A DNA stretch of 64,000 nucleotides from Longimicrobiales bacterium (GTDB lineage: Bacteria; Gemmatimonadota; Gemmatimonadetes; Longimicrobiales; Gaopeijiaceae). Below are positions 1 through 9,706 of the stretch, piece after piece; the stretch's first letter is position 1, and each line of letters begins with the position of its first letter. The notes under the pieces were generated by a model, which was not told the DNA's origin, did not search any database, and saw nothing but the letters and a program-made list of their open reading frames with translations. Position numbers and translations under genes: made by a program. The DNA lies in assembly GCA_965238005.1 (NCBI GenBank), contig OZ250165.1, forward strand, positions 1,504,001 to 1,568,000, written 5' to 3'.

Positions 1-69
1 TCAAATGTTCCCCTAGGCTCTTCCTTTTCGTGACTTCGGCCTGGGGCTTCACTCCAGTGACGGACCGTC

Positions 70-1395
70 GTGCACGAACTGCGCTCAGATCCGGGTCGTG
101 GCATCTACGTGGGTCTTTTGGAGGCCCTCGTCCAGGTCATGGGGATGGCCAAGGGCTACCTATTCGGCCATGGGCCCCAGGTCGCAATGCTCGCCACACG
201 CCTTGCCGATCAACTGGGAGTGCGGGGCCGCGAGCGGTCGGAGATCCTGTTCGCGGCTATCCTCTCGGATGTGGGCATGATCGGCCTCGTGGAGGAAGCC
301 TGGGAGAATCCCGTTCTAGTTCTGCCCTCCGACGAACGAGCCCGGGTCTCGGAGCATCCGGAGCGTAGCGAGCGCACCATCAAGCAGATCGCGCACCTCG
401 GCTCGCTGGCGCCACTGGTGCGGCATCATCACGAGTGGTGGGACGGTACCGGATATCCCGACGGCCTCAAGAGTGACGAGATTTCGGTCGGAGCACAGAT
501 CCTGCGCCTGGCCGACACGGTCGTGGCCCTCGGCGCCACCCGTCCTCATCGTGGCCCCCTGTCTCCACCGGAGATCATGGCTGTGATCGGCGAGGGATCG
601 CGGAAGGAGTTCGGGCCCATGGTGGCCGAAGCGTACCTCGCCTTAGCGCGTAGCAACAGGTTGCCGGATTTCCACAACTCCGTATTCCACCGGGCCTGTC
701 TCGATGCCGCTTCCGAGCTGATTCCCGAGGAAGTCTCGCCGCTGTCGACTCATGAGTTCCTGGACATCGTAGCGACCCTCATCGACGCCAAGGACCCCTA
801 TACGGCGGGGCATTCGCGACGGGTAGCGAGCCTGGCCACGGTCCTGGCGGAGCGCATGGGCCTGAACCCCCAGATTCGTGAGACGACGTGGGAGGCCGGA
901 TGCCTTCACGATCTCGGCAAGGTTAGCGTTCCTCTCCGGGTCCTTACGAAAGACGGTCCACTCGACGACGAAGAGCGTCTGAGCATTCAGGCCCACGCGG
1001 CGGCTGGTGCCGAGATCCTGGGAGGCATTCCCGGCCTCAAACACCTGTCGCCGGGATGTCGATACCATCACGAGCGATGGGACGGCCGGGGGTATCCGGA
1101 GGGTCTCTCCGGCGACCGTATTCCCATGGTCGCCCAGATCCTGGGCGTCTGTGACACCTACGACACCATGACGTCGGGGAGAGTGTACAGAGCTGCGCGC
1201 TCCCACCGGGACGCCGTCGACGAGATCGCGAGGTCGGCGGGCACGCAGTTCGGTCCCGGCGTGGTGGACCATTTCGTCCAGCTTCCGGGTCACGTCTTCA
1301 ACAATATCTGGAGCCCGGAGAAGACCTTGAAGGGTTGGCTGGAACGCACCCTGGGCAGCCGCCGCAAGGTCGTCGGTCGCTTCAGCGCCAACTGA
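70..1395 (+). CDS. Tandem HD-GYP domain protein (c-di-GMP phosphodiesterase-like)
   Basis: Two HHExWDGxGYP motifs. Second domain has intact LHDLGK; first has degenerate LSDVG. Confidence 0.85.
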   Translation: MHELRSDPGRGIYVGLLEALVQVMGMAKGYLFGHGPQVAMLATRLADQLGVRGRERSEILFAAILSDVGMIGLVEEAWENPVLVLPSDERARVSEHPERSERTIKQIAHLGSLAPLVRHHHEWWDGTGYPDGLKSDEISVGAQILRLADTVVALGATRPHRGPLSPPEIMAVIGEGSRKEFGPMVAEAYLALARSNRLPDFHNSVFHRACLDAASELIPEEVSPLSTHEFLDIVATLIDAKDPYTAGHSRRVASLATVLAERMGLNPQIRETTWEAGCLHDLGKVSVPLRVLTKDGPLDDEERLSIQAHAAAGAEILGGIPGLKHLSPGCRYHHERWDGRGYPEGLSGDRIPMVAQILGVCDTYDTMTSGRVYRAARSHRDAVDEIARSAGTQFGPGVVDHFVQLPGHVFNNIWSPEKTLKGWLERTLGSRRKVVGRFSAN

Positions 1396-1542
1396 TTCTA
1401 GGCGGTCGAGCGCGCCCTTCGCGCACTCCGGGAACACCCTGACTCTCACCGGCGTATTGTCCGGCCCCCGATGCCCCCCGCGGTCTTGGCTTGGGCCGGG
1501 ACGAACCCTAAGCTAGTTCCAGACTTCCTGACAGGAGCGACC

Positions 1543-4299
1543 GTGGCCGACGCGTTGCCACCTCGCCTAGATCCGAAGACCATCGAAGGCCCGCTCTACG
1601 AGCAGTGGAGCGGGCGCGGGTACTTCCACGCCGAGTCCGAAGCCGTCGTGGCCGAGGGACGGGCCCCCTTCGTCATCGTGATTCCACCCCCTAATGTGAC
1701 GGCGGTCCTTCACATGGGGCATGGGCTCAACAACACCATCCAGGACGTCCTCATCCGCTGGAGGCGGATGCAGGGGCGGGTCTCACTCTGGGTTCCCGGA
1801 ACGGACCACGCGGGTATCGCCACACAGAACGTGGTGGAGCGGCGGCTCGCCGCCGAAGGCACGTCCAGGCACGATCTGGGCCGCGAAGCCTTCGCTGAGC
1901 AGGTGTGGAGCTACGTGAACCGGACCGGGGGAACGATTCTCGAGCAGCTCAAGGTCATCGGTTCGAGCTGTGACTGGGAGCGCACACGATTCACCCTGGA
2001 CGACGGCCTCAGCCAGGCGGTCCGGGAGGTGTTCGTACGCCTCTACGAGAAGGACCTGATCTACCGGGGCGAGTACATCATCAACTGGTGTCCCCGCTGT
2101 CTGACGGCCCTCTCCAACGAAGAGGCCGAAGGTGAAGAGGTGGAGGGCAGGCTCTATCATCTCCGTTATCCCGTCACCGGGAGCGCCGCCGCCGGCGCCG
2201 AGTCCGCCCGGGAGGCGGGTGCGGATGCCATCGGACGGCTTCCGGACGGGCGCTGGTACCTCACGGTCTCCACGACGCGTCCGGAGACCATGCTGGGTGA
2301 TACCGCTGTTGCCGTCAGTCCCGAGGATCCGCGCTATTCGGCGCTGGTCGGGGCGGATGCCGAGCTCCCGCTCACTGGACGTACCATTCCGATCATCGCC
2401 GACGAGCTCGTGGATCCCGAGTTCGGCTCGGGCATGGTGAAGGTCACGCCGGCCCACGCCCCCAACGACTTCGAGATGGCCCAGCGCTCGGGAGTACCGC
2501 TCCTCAACGTCATGACGCCCGATGCCAGGATGAACGAAAACGCCCCAGAGGCGTTTCAGGGTCTGGATCGCTTCGAGGCCCGGAATCGGGTTCTCGAGGC
2601 CTTCGAGGAGCTGGGGCTGGGCGGGGGCGACGATCCGTACACCCACTCGATCCCACACTGCTATCGCTGCCACACCGTGGTGGAGCCACGCCTGAGCGAA
2701 CAGTGGTTCGTGCGCATGAAGCCGTTGGCCGAGCCCGCCCTCCAGGCCTCACGAGACGGCACCATCGCCTTCACTCCCGTGCACTGGAAGAAGGTGTACG
2801 AGAACTGGATGGAGAACATCCGGGACTGGTGCATCTCCAGGCAGCTCTGGTGGGGCCACCGCATCCCGGTCTGGTACTGCGGCGACTGCGAGGCGACCAT
2901 CGTGGCCCGGCAGGATCCAGACCGATGCGACTCCTGTGGCGGCACCGACCTGAACCAGGATCCGGACGTGCTGGATACCTGGTTCTCGTCGTGGCTATGG
3001 CCCTTCTCCGTGTTCGGTTGGCCCGAGGAGACCGAGGACCTGAAGGCGTTCTATCCCACCCACGACATGACTACCGCCCCGGAGATCCTCTTCTTCTGGG
3101 TAGCCCGCATGATCATGGCCGGATACGAGTTCATGGGAGAGGCACCCTTCACCCGGGTGTATCTGCACGGGACCGTGCGGGACAAGCAGGGCAGGAAGAT
3201 GTCGAAGTCCCTGGGCAACGGCATCGACCCCATCGAGGTGGTGGAGCTCTTCGGTGCGGACGCGCTCCGCTTCACGCTGCTCTCCTCGGCTGGCATCGGC
3301 ACCGATATCTACCTGGACCCCGAGGACCTGGAGGCATCGTTCTCTCCTGGACGAAACTTCGCAAACAAGGTCTGGAACGCGGGGCGCTTCGCCCTCATGA
3401 GCCTGGGGGACGAGCCGGTGCCTTCCATGGGAGCGGTGGAGGACGCCTTGCGGCTCGAGGATCGTTGGATCTTGTCTCGCCTACAGCGGGCCGTGACCGA
3501 CGTCACCGAGGATCTGGAGCGCTTCCGGCTCCACGAGGTGTCCGATCGCCTCTATCACTTCGTGTGGGGCGACTTCGCCGACTGGTACCTGGAGCTCATC
3601 AAGCCCCGTATGCAAGGTGAGTCGGGTGATGACAGCCTGCACGCGGCGCGAGCGACGCTCGTCGTGGTCCTGGACAGTATCTGTCGCCTTCTTCACCCAC
3701 TCACGCCGTTCGTGACATCGGCGCTCTGGGATCGACTCCCGTTTCCCGAAGGGGCCGAACGTCCCGAGGCGCTCATGATCGCGGCATGGCCCGAGGCGGA
3801 CGAATCGCGCCTCGATACCGAGGCCGAGGTACGCCTGGCGGAGCTCCAGGAGCTCATCACCCAGGTGCGGAGTCTCCGGAAGGAGTACGGAGTCTCGGAG
3901 GGTATGGGCGTCACGGTGAAGTTAACCGGTCTCCAGGACGGGTTCCGCGCCATGGTGGAGGAACAGGGGACAGCCCTGCGGCGACTCGCTCGAGTGGATG
4001 TTTGCGAGGTGGACAGCTCGGCGGACGGTGTGGGTGCCCACGCCGTTCTGAAGAACGGGGCCGAGTTGTACCTTCCACTCGAGGGGGTCATCGACATCGC
4101 CCGCGAGCGTGAGCGGCTTCAGGGAGAGATCCAGCGCTTGAGTGGACAGATGGATAAGGCGCGGGAGAGGCTTGCGAACGAGCGGTTCGTGCAACAGGCG
4201 CCGGCGGAAGTGGTGGAGCGTGAGCAGGAAAAAGCACGGAGCTTCGAGGAGCAGATGGACAAGCTCACGAACAAGCTCGCAACGCTCGCTGAAGGCTGA
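1543..4299 (+). CDS. valS: Valine--tRNA ligase
   Basis: PPPNVT..LHMGH, DWCISRQLWWGH and KMSKS motifs, C-terminal coiled coil. GTG at 1543 follows AGGAG. Confidence 0.97.
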   Translation: MADALPPRLDPKTIEGPLYEQWSGRGYFHAESEAVVAEGRAPFVIVIPPPNVTAVLHMGHGLNNTIQDVLIRWRRMQGRVSLWVPGTDHAGIATQNVVERRLAAEGTSRHDLGREAFAEQVWSYVNRTGGTILEQLKVIGSSCDWERTRFTLDDGLSQAVREVFVRLYEKDLIYRGEYIINWCPRCLTALSNEEAEGEEVEGRLYHLRYPVTGSAAAGAESAREAGADAIGRLPDGRWYLTVSTTRPETMLGDTAVAVSPEDPRYSALVGADAELPLTGRTIPIIADELVDPEFGSGMVKVTPAHAPNDFEMAQRSGVPLLNVMTPDARMNENAPEAFQGLDRFEARNRVLEAFEELGLGGGDDPYTHSIPHCYRCHTVVEPRLSEQWFVRMKPLAEPALQASRDGTIAFTPVHWKKVYENWMENIRDWCISRQLWWGHRIPVWYCGDCEATIVARQDPDRCDSCGGTDLNQDPDVLDTWFSSWLWPFSVFGWPEETEDLKAFYPTHDMTTAPEILFFWVARMIMAGYEFMGEAPFTRVYLHGTVRDKQGRKMSKSLGNGIDPIEVVELFGADALRFTLLSSAGIGTDIYLDPEDLEASFSPGRNFANKVWNAGRFALMSLGDEPVPSMGAVEDALRLEDRWILSRLQRAVTDVTEDLERFRLHEVSDRLYHFVWGDFADWYLELIKPRMQGESGDDSLHAARATLVVVLDSICRLLHPLTPFVTSALWDRLPFPEGAERPEALMIAAWPEADESRLDTEAEVRLAELQELITQVRSLRKEYGVSEGMGVTVKLTGLQDGFRAMVEEQGTALRRLARVDVCEVDSSADGVGAHAVLKNGAELYLPLEGVIDIARERERLQGEIQRLSGQMDKARERLANERFVQQAPAEVVEREQEKARSFEEQMDKLTNKLATLAEG

Positions 4300-4321
4300 T
4301 CGACAGCCGGGCATCCGGACC

Positions 4322-5851
4322 ATGAGTGGATCGGGGAGTGCGCTGCGGAGCGACTACGCGGGGGGGATCTTCGCTCTCCTCGCCGTCGGATCGTGCGCGA
4401 GCCCGCAGGGGCCGCCAGGAGGCCCCCCGGATCTGTCGGGTCCACAGGTCGTCGCTACCGTCCCGGACACGTTCGCCCTGATCGAGGCCTTCGACGGGCC
4501 GATCCGAATCACCTTCAACGAGCGGATCAGTGAGCGAGGTGCGTCCGGCTCCCTGGATCAAGCGGTTCAGGTTTCCCCCGAGTCAGGAGAGATCGAGGTT
4601 CGCCACAGGAAAGACGGCCTGGAAGTCAGCATGGAGGGTGGGTTCCTAACCGACCTCGTTTATCGGGTCACCGTGCTGCCCACCGTACAGGACCTCTTCC
4701 GGAACGCCATGCCTCAGCCCTTCGAGTTCGTATTCTCCACGGGGGCCGAAATGGTGCCCAACGCCTTAGCCGGCATGGTGTTCGATCGGCTCACAAGCGA
4801 GCCGATGGAAGGCGTCCGTGTCTCGGCGCGATTTCAACCTCTCGTCGTGGGTGGCATAGGGGAGGCCCGGGGGCCGACGCACGTGGCCATCTCGGACACC
4901 AGTGGCGTATTCGCGTTCCGGTATCTACCGCCGGTGGGCCGTTACGTCCTGACGGCTTTCGCAGATGTGAACAGAAACAGGGAGGCCGATTTCTTCGAGC
5001 CGGTGGGGGGCGCGTTTCAGGCCATAAACGGGGCGGACACGGTCTTCGCCGATATCACCCTCCTGCGCCCGGACACCACGGCCGCCATCGTCAGCGACGC
5101 GGAGGTGGTCGATTCGGTGACGGTGACGGTGGAGTTCGACGACTACCTCGACCCCGACACAGCCCTCACCGGTGTCTTGGCCACGCTCCAGCTGGATTCG
5201 CTCCCCGCCGGGATCGGAGTTCGGGAGATCATGCACGAGCGGGAGTATCTGATCCGTACCAAGGCTCTTGAGGACTCCCTGCGGATGGCGGACTCCCTTC
5301 GGATCCTCGAGTCTATCCGAGTGGCCGACTCCCTCCGCGCGGCGGGTGACTCCGTAGCTGCCACCGAGGTCGACGAGGCCCGGCCCGGGCCGCGACCTGC
5401 TCCGCCGGTCGACCGACGGGAAGACGAGACGAGGGACCTTCCCAAGCGGATGATCTACCTCCTCCTGAGCGACACGCTGATCGCCGAGGAGACATACGAG
5501 TTGTCCGTATCCGGGGTCACCAACATCAACGGGGTCGCCGGCGGGGGTGGAACCGCCGAGATTCTCCGCGCGGCACCTCCCGTGGACTCGGTGGCGATCG
5601 CGGACTCCATCCTGGCTGCCGACTCCGCTGCGGCCGCGCTCGACACGATACCCCAGGATACGATTCCACCCGATACGATTCCCCGTGACACCATCAAGTC
5701 GGATACAACGGGGGTCGGTCCAGCCGGCGCGACGCTCCGGCGGGACATCCAGGCCGGGGCGATTCTCGAGCGGGGTGTTCGGGCGGGCGGCACGCCGCTC
5801 TCCACCCGCCGCCGCCGTTGGTTCAAGCGGGAGCTTCCCCCATGGAGGTGA
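4322..5851 (+). CDS. Ig-like (Big_5-type) domain lipoprotein
   Basis: Hydrophobic signal plus lipobox-like VGSC, then PPGGPPD..P.VV...P and ITFNE motifs; low-complexity DTIP repeats at the C-terminus. Confidence 0.7.
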   Translation: MSGSGSALRSDYAGGIFALLAVGSCASPQGPPGGPPDLSGPQVVATVPDTFALIEAFDGPIRITFNERISERGASGSLDQAVQVSPESGEIEVRHRKDGLEVSMEGGFLTDLVYRVTVLPTVQDLFRNAMPQPFEFVFSTGAEMVPNALAGMVFDRLTSEPMEGVRVSARFQPLVVGGIGEARGPTHVAISDTSGVFAFRYLPPVGRYVLTAFADVNRNREADFFEPVGGAFQAINGADTVFADITLLRPDTTAAIVSDAEVVDSVTVTVEFDDYLDPDTALTGVLATLQLDSLPAGIGVREIMHEREYLIRTKALEDSLRMADSLRILESIRVADSLRAAGDSVAATEVDEARPGPRPAPPVDRREDETRDLPKRMIYLLLSDTLIAEETYELSVSGVTNINGVAGGGGTAEILRAAPPVDSVAIADSILAADSAAAALDTIPQDTIPPDTIPRDTIKSDTTGVGPAGATLRRDIQAGAILERGVRAGGTPLSTRRRRWFKRELPPWR

Positions 5852-5852
5852 C

Positions 5853-7238
5853 GTGACCGACACCCGACGTCGCATTCCCTCGGTGGAGCAGATCCTGGAG
5901 TCTCCCGCATTCGAGAAGATCCTGGACAGTCATCCGCGAGGGCTTGTCCTGAGCCACCTCCGCGAGGAGGTCGACCGAGTCCGACGGGACATCGGAGCCG
6001 GCGCGGATCCGGGGGATCTGAAGGATTCCGGTCTCTATGCCGAGGCCGTGACACGGCGCCTGGAGACGGCCACGACACCCTCCCTTCGGTCCGTGATCAA
6101 CGGGACGGGGGTCGTCCTCCACACCAACTTGGGACGGGCAGCCCTGGCCCGGACGGCCCTCGAGGCCATGCAAGGGGCACGGGGATACTCCAACCTGGAG
6201 TACGACCTGGATGCCGGTCGGAGAGGATCCCGCTACGACCACTGTGCGGCGCTACTTCAGGAGCTGACCGGGGCGGAAGGCGCCCTGGTCGTGAACAACG
6301 GGGCTGCGGCCCTCGTCCTGGCGCTCAGCACCATGGCCGCCGGGCGGCGTGTCCTGGTGTCCAGGGGCGAGCTCGTAGAGATCGGCGGAGGCTTCCGCAT
6401 TCCCGAGATCATGGAGAGCTCGGGCGCCTTCCTGCGAGAGGTTGGAAGCACCAACCGTACGCGCCTACAGGACTACCGCGAGGCCCTGGTCGAGAGCGAT
6501 ACGGCCCTGATCCTGAAGGTGCACCGCTCCAACTTCCGGATCACGGGATTCACCGAAGAGGCGACGCTCCAGGAGCTTGCGGAGCTCGGGAAAGAGACGG
6601 GGATCGGGGTGGTCCATGACCTGGGCTCGGGCCTCCTGGTCGACCCCGAGCTCCTGGGTCTGCCGCCCGAGCCCCGCCCCACCGAGAGCCTGGCCGCCGG
6701 CGTGGACCTGGTCGCTTTCTCGGGGGACAAGCTCCTGGGTGGTCCCCAGGCGGGGATCCTACTCGGAAAGAGTGACTGGATCGACCGGATGCGGCGAAAT
6801 CCGCTCTGCAGGGCCCTCCGGGTCGGCAAGACCACCCTCATGGCCCTCGAGGCCACCCTTTGCCTCTACCGGGATCCGGATCGGGCGATCCGTGAGATCC
6901 CCGCGCTGGCGATGCTCTCGGCCGACCCGGAGACGCTACGAGAACGGGCGAGGGCGCTCGTCGAGGGGCTGTCCGCCGAAGGGGTCGAGGCCGAGGTGGT
7001 GGAGGCGTCCTCCGTGGTCGGCGGCGGAACGTTTCCGGGCGTCGAGCTGGCGAGCCATGGAATTCGGGTCCAGCCGGGCGAACAAGGGGCCGACGGGCTG
7101 GCGGGGGCATTGCGGTCCGCGTCCCCACCGCTCGTTGGGCGTATCGAGGACGGAGCACTGTGGATCGACCTACGGACCGTGCTCGAGTGGCAGGACTCCG
7201 AGGTGCTTCGCCTCCTTTCCGACCACGCCCGGTCGTGA
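5853..7238 (+). CDS. selA: L-seryl-tRNA(Sec) selenium transferase
   Basis: VINGTGVVLHTNLGRA, SRGELVEIGGGFRIP and FSGDKLLGGPQAG (PLP lysine) motifs. GGAGG precedes the GTG. Confidence 0.95.
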   Translation: MTDTRRRIPSVEQILESPAFEKILDSHPRGLVLSHLREEVDRVRRDIGAGADPGDLKDSGLYAEAVTRRLETATTPSLRSVINGTGVVLHTNLGRAALARTALEAMQGARGYSNLEYDLDAGRRGSRYDHCAALLQELTGAEGALVVNNGAAALVLALSTMAAGRRVLVSRGELVEIGGGFRIPEIMESSGAFLREVGSTNRTRLQDYREALVESDTALILKVHRSNFRITGFTEEATLQELAELGKETGIGVVHDLGSGLLVDPELLGLPPEPRPTESLAAGVDLVAFSGDKLLGGPQAGILLGKSDWIDRMRRNPLCRALRVGKTTLMALEATLCLYRDPDRAIREIPALAMLSADPETLRERARALVEGLSAEGVEAEVVEASSVVGGGTFPGVELASHGIRVQPGEQGADGLAGALRSASPPLVGRIEDGALWIDLRTVLEWQDSEVLRLLSDHARS

Positions 7239-7786
7239 CGGACCGGACGGGACGCCCGGCGGTCTTTCTCGACCGGGACGGCACCCTCATCGAAGAGAAG
7301 GTGTACCTCGCCGACCCGGAAGGAGTGGTCCTGGTGCCCCACGCCGCCGAGGCGCTCAAGGAGCTCCGCGAGGCGGGGCATGCGCTCGTGATCGTGACCA
7401 ACCAGTCCGGGATCGCACGTGGACTGTACACGGAAGGAGACTACCAGGCCGTGACCAGGAGGCTCGACGAGCTCCTGCGCAACGCCGGCGCGCCGGTAGA
7501 CGCCACCCGATACTGCCCTCATCACCCCGACTTCGGCGAGCCCTGCGGGTGTCGCAAGCCGGGCACCGGTATGCACCGTGAAGCCGCAGAGGAACTGGGG
7601 CTCAGCCTGGAGGACTCGTACTACGTAGGGGACAAGGTCGCCGACGTAAGGCCGGCCCTGGAGCTGGGAGGGAAGGGAATCCTCGTGAGGACCGGTTTCG
7701 GAGTGGACGAAGAGCCGCTGGTGCCGGAAGGCGTAGCGATCGTGGACGATCTCCGGGCGGCCGCAACGCTCATTCTCGACGGCTGA
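7235..7786 (+). CDS. gmhB: D,D-heptose 1,7-bisphosphate phosphatase / HAD IIIA hydrolase
   Basis: FLDRDGTL, VTNQSGIARG, CPHHP..C.CRKP and GD motifs. Confidence 0.85.
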   Translation: MTDRTGRPAVFLDRDGTLIEEKVYLADPEGVVLVPHAAEALKELREAGHALVIVTNQSGIARGLYTEGDYQAVTRRLDELLRNAGAPVDATRYCPHHPDFGEPCGCRKPGTGMHREAAEELGLSLEDSYYVGDKVADVRPALELGGKGILVRTGFGVDEEPLVPEGVAIVDDLRAAATLILDG

Positions 7787-7897
7787 CTCGGGCGTTGACC
7801 CCCCCTAGTCCTACCGGTAGCTTCAAGCAAGTAGGTCTCCGCGGTTGAGAACGTTCGCAGGCGGTGGGGGTAAGAGAGCCCCAGGAGACAGAATCAT

Positions 7898-8242
7898 ATG
7901 GAAAGTACCGAGACCCTTTTGACCCTCACGCCCACGGCGGTGAGCAAGGTCCAGACGTTCATAGAAGAGCAGGGGGCATCGGCGGATGCGGGGCTCCGCG
8001 TCGCGGTTCTCCCTGGGGGGTGCTCGGGCTTTCAGTATGGCCTGAATATCGAGGATGCCCCGGAGGCCGACGACGAGGTGCTCGACCTGTCGGGCGTCAG
8101 GATCTTCGTCGACCCGTTCAGCGTCCAGTATCTGGACGGCGTCGAGATCGACTACGTGACCAGCATGATGGGATCCGGTTTCACGTTCACGAACCCGAAT
8201 GCCACCGGTGGATGCGGCTGCGGCAGCTCTTTCACCGCTTAA
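7898..8242 (+). CDS. erpA: A-type Fe-S carrier (HesB/IscA/ErpA family)
   Basis: GGCSGFQY and NPNATGGCGCGSSF motifs. Confidence 0.9.
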   Translation: MESTETLLTLTPTAVSKVQTFIEEQGASADAGLRVAVLPGGCSGFQYGLNIEDAPEADDEVLDLSGVRIFVDPFSVQYLDGVEIDYVTSMMGSGFTFTNPNATGGCGCGSSFTA

Positions 8243-8270
8243 AGTCCCAAGAACAGAGCGACCGACTTTC

Positions 8271-8307
8271 CTGGCTCGTAGGTGAGATCCCTACGGGCCA
8301 CTTCTTT
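8271..8307 (+). terminator. Putative intrinsic terminator after erpA
   Basis: Hairpin TGGCTCGTAGG/CCTACGGGCCA followed by CTTCTTT. Confidence 0.45.
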
Positions 8308-8359
8308 GGGCGTGACTCGTGCCCAAGCACCGTCGGTCGAGGCCCGGATCGGGCCATTA

Positions 8360-9019
8360 GTGACCAAGATGCGTGTTCTAGCATTCACAGCGGGGGATTT
8401 CGCCGAGAACGGGTACGTCGCGTGGTGTGAGACCACGGGACAGTCCGTCATCGTGGATCCCGGTGCCGCTGCCCCCCAGATGGTCGCTGCCGTGACAGCC
8501 GAGGGAAGTCCGGTAGCCGCCGTCTTGTTGACCCACGCCCATCTCGACCACGTGGAGGGCCTCGGCGTCATTCGCGAGTCCACGGATGCGCCGACCTACC
8601 TGCACCCTGCCGATCGCCCTCTTTTCGACGCTGCGCCGGCTCAGGCGGCCATGTTCGGCCTCGTGGCGCCCGAGCTGACCCCCCCGGAGCGAGAGCTCCA
8701 CGACGGGGACACCTTCCGGTTCGGTGAGACGGCCTTCAAGGTCATTCACACGCCCGGGCATTCTCCCGGACATGTGATCCTTCATGCCGAAGAGGACGAG
8801 CTCGCCATCGTCGGAGACCTGGTCTTTGCGGGCTCGGTGGGGAGGACCGATCTTCCGGGCGGTGACTACCAGGCCCTCTTCAATAGCATTCGACGCCACG
8901 TGCTGACCATGTCCGATGAGACGCGTCTCCTGACTGGACACGGACCGCCCACTACCGTCGGCCACGAGCGCACGAGCAACCCGTTCCTGATCCCGCACTA
9001 CGGAGGAGAGCTGGCGTGA
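8360..9019 (+). CDS. MBL-fold metallo-hydrolase (glyoxalase II-like)
   Basis: THAHLDH, HTPGHSPG, GRTDLPGG and GHG motifs; start uncertain. Confidence 0.9.
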   Translation: MTKMRVLAFTAGDFAENGYVAWCETTGQSVIVDPGAAAPQMVAAVTAEGSPVAAVLLTHAHLDHVEGLGVIRESTDAPTYLHPADRPLFDAAPAQAAMFGLVAPELTPPERELHDGDTFRFGETAFKVIHTPGHSPGHVILHAEEDELAIVGDLVFAGSVGRTDLPGGDYQALFNSIRRHVLTMSDETRLLTGHGPPTTVGHERTSNPFLIPHYGGELA

Positions 9020-9690
9020 CCCCCCCCGTTCCCGTTGCCGTATTCGCGTCGGGCGGGGGAACGAATCTCCAGGCGCTTCTGGATCATGAGAGGGCGAGCG
9101 GAGCCTACAGAGTCGTGACAGTCATCTCCGACCGCCCGGATGCCGGGGCACTCGATCGAGCCAGGGCGGCGGGTCGTGACACTCTGGTGATCGCCATGAA
9201 AGATCGCTCTCAGGAGGAGATCGGGGAGGAGACCCTCCGGCACCTGCGCGACCGGAACGTGAAGGTCATCGCCCTGGCCGGGTATCTCAGGCTCATGCCG
9301 TCGGCCGTCGTGGCCGCCTATCCACGACGCATCCTGAATATCCATCCGGCGTTGCTTCCCGCCTTCGGCGGGAAGGGGATGTACGGAGAGCGAGTCCACC
9401 AGGCGGTACTGGCTGCGGGGGCCAAGGTGACGGGAGCCACTGTCCACTTCGTGGACGAGGAGTACGACACCGGGACGATAGTGGCCCAGTGGCCCGTTCC
9501 GGTCCTTCCCGAGGATGATGCCAAGGGAGTGGCCGCCAGGGTCCTCGTGGCGGAGCACCGCCTCTACCCGGCCGTGACCGATCACCTATGCAGAGCGGTG
9601 GCGGAGGGCAGGGATCCGGGACCGTTCACCCTCCCGTCCAGTGATTTCGAGTCCGCATTCGGGAACGAGACCCAGGGCGCGAGCCGATAG
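9016..9690 (+). CDS. purN: Phosphoribosylglycinamide formyltransferase
   Basis: ASGGGTNLQA, LAGYLR, NIHPALLP and GATVHFVDEEYDTG motifs. Confidence 0.95.
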   Translation: MTPPVPVAVFASGGGTNLQALLDHERASGAYRVVTVISDRPDAGALDRARAAGRDTLVIAMKDRSQEEIGEETLRHLRDRNVKVIALAGYLRLMPSAVVAAYPRRILNIHPALLPAFGGKGMYGERVHQAVLAAGAKVTGATVHFVDEEYDTGTIVAQWPVPVLPEDDAKGVAARVLVAEHRLYPAVTDHLCRAVAEGRDPGPFTLPSSDFESAFGNETQGASR

Positions 9691-9706
9691 GGGAGACAAG
9701 CGAGAT

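Noticed and set aside
5853..7238. Selenocysteine cluster or selenoprotein near selA
   Set aside because: No selB, selC or selD in the window, and no convincing in-frame TGA readthrough was noticed.
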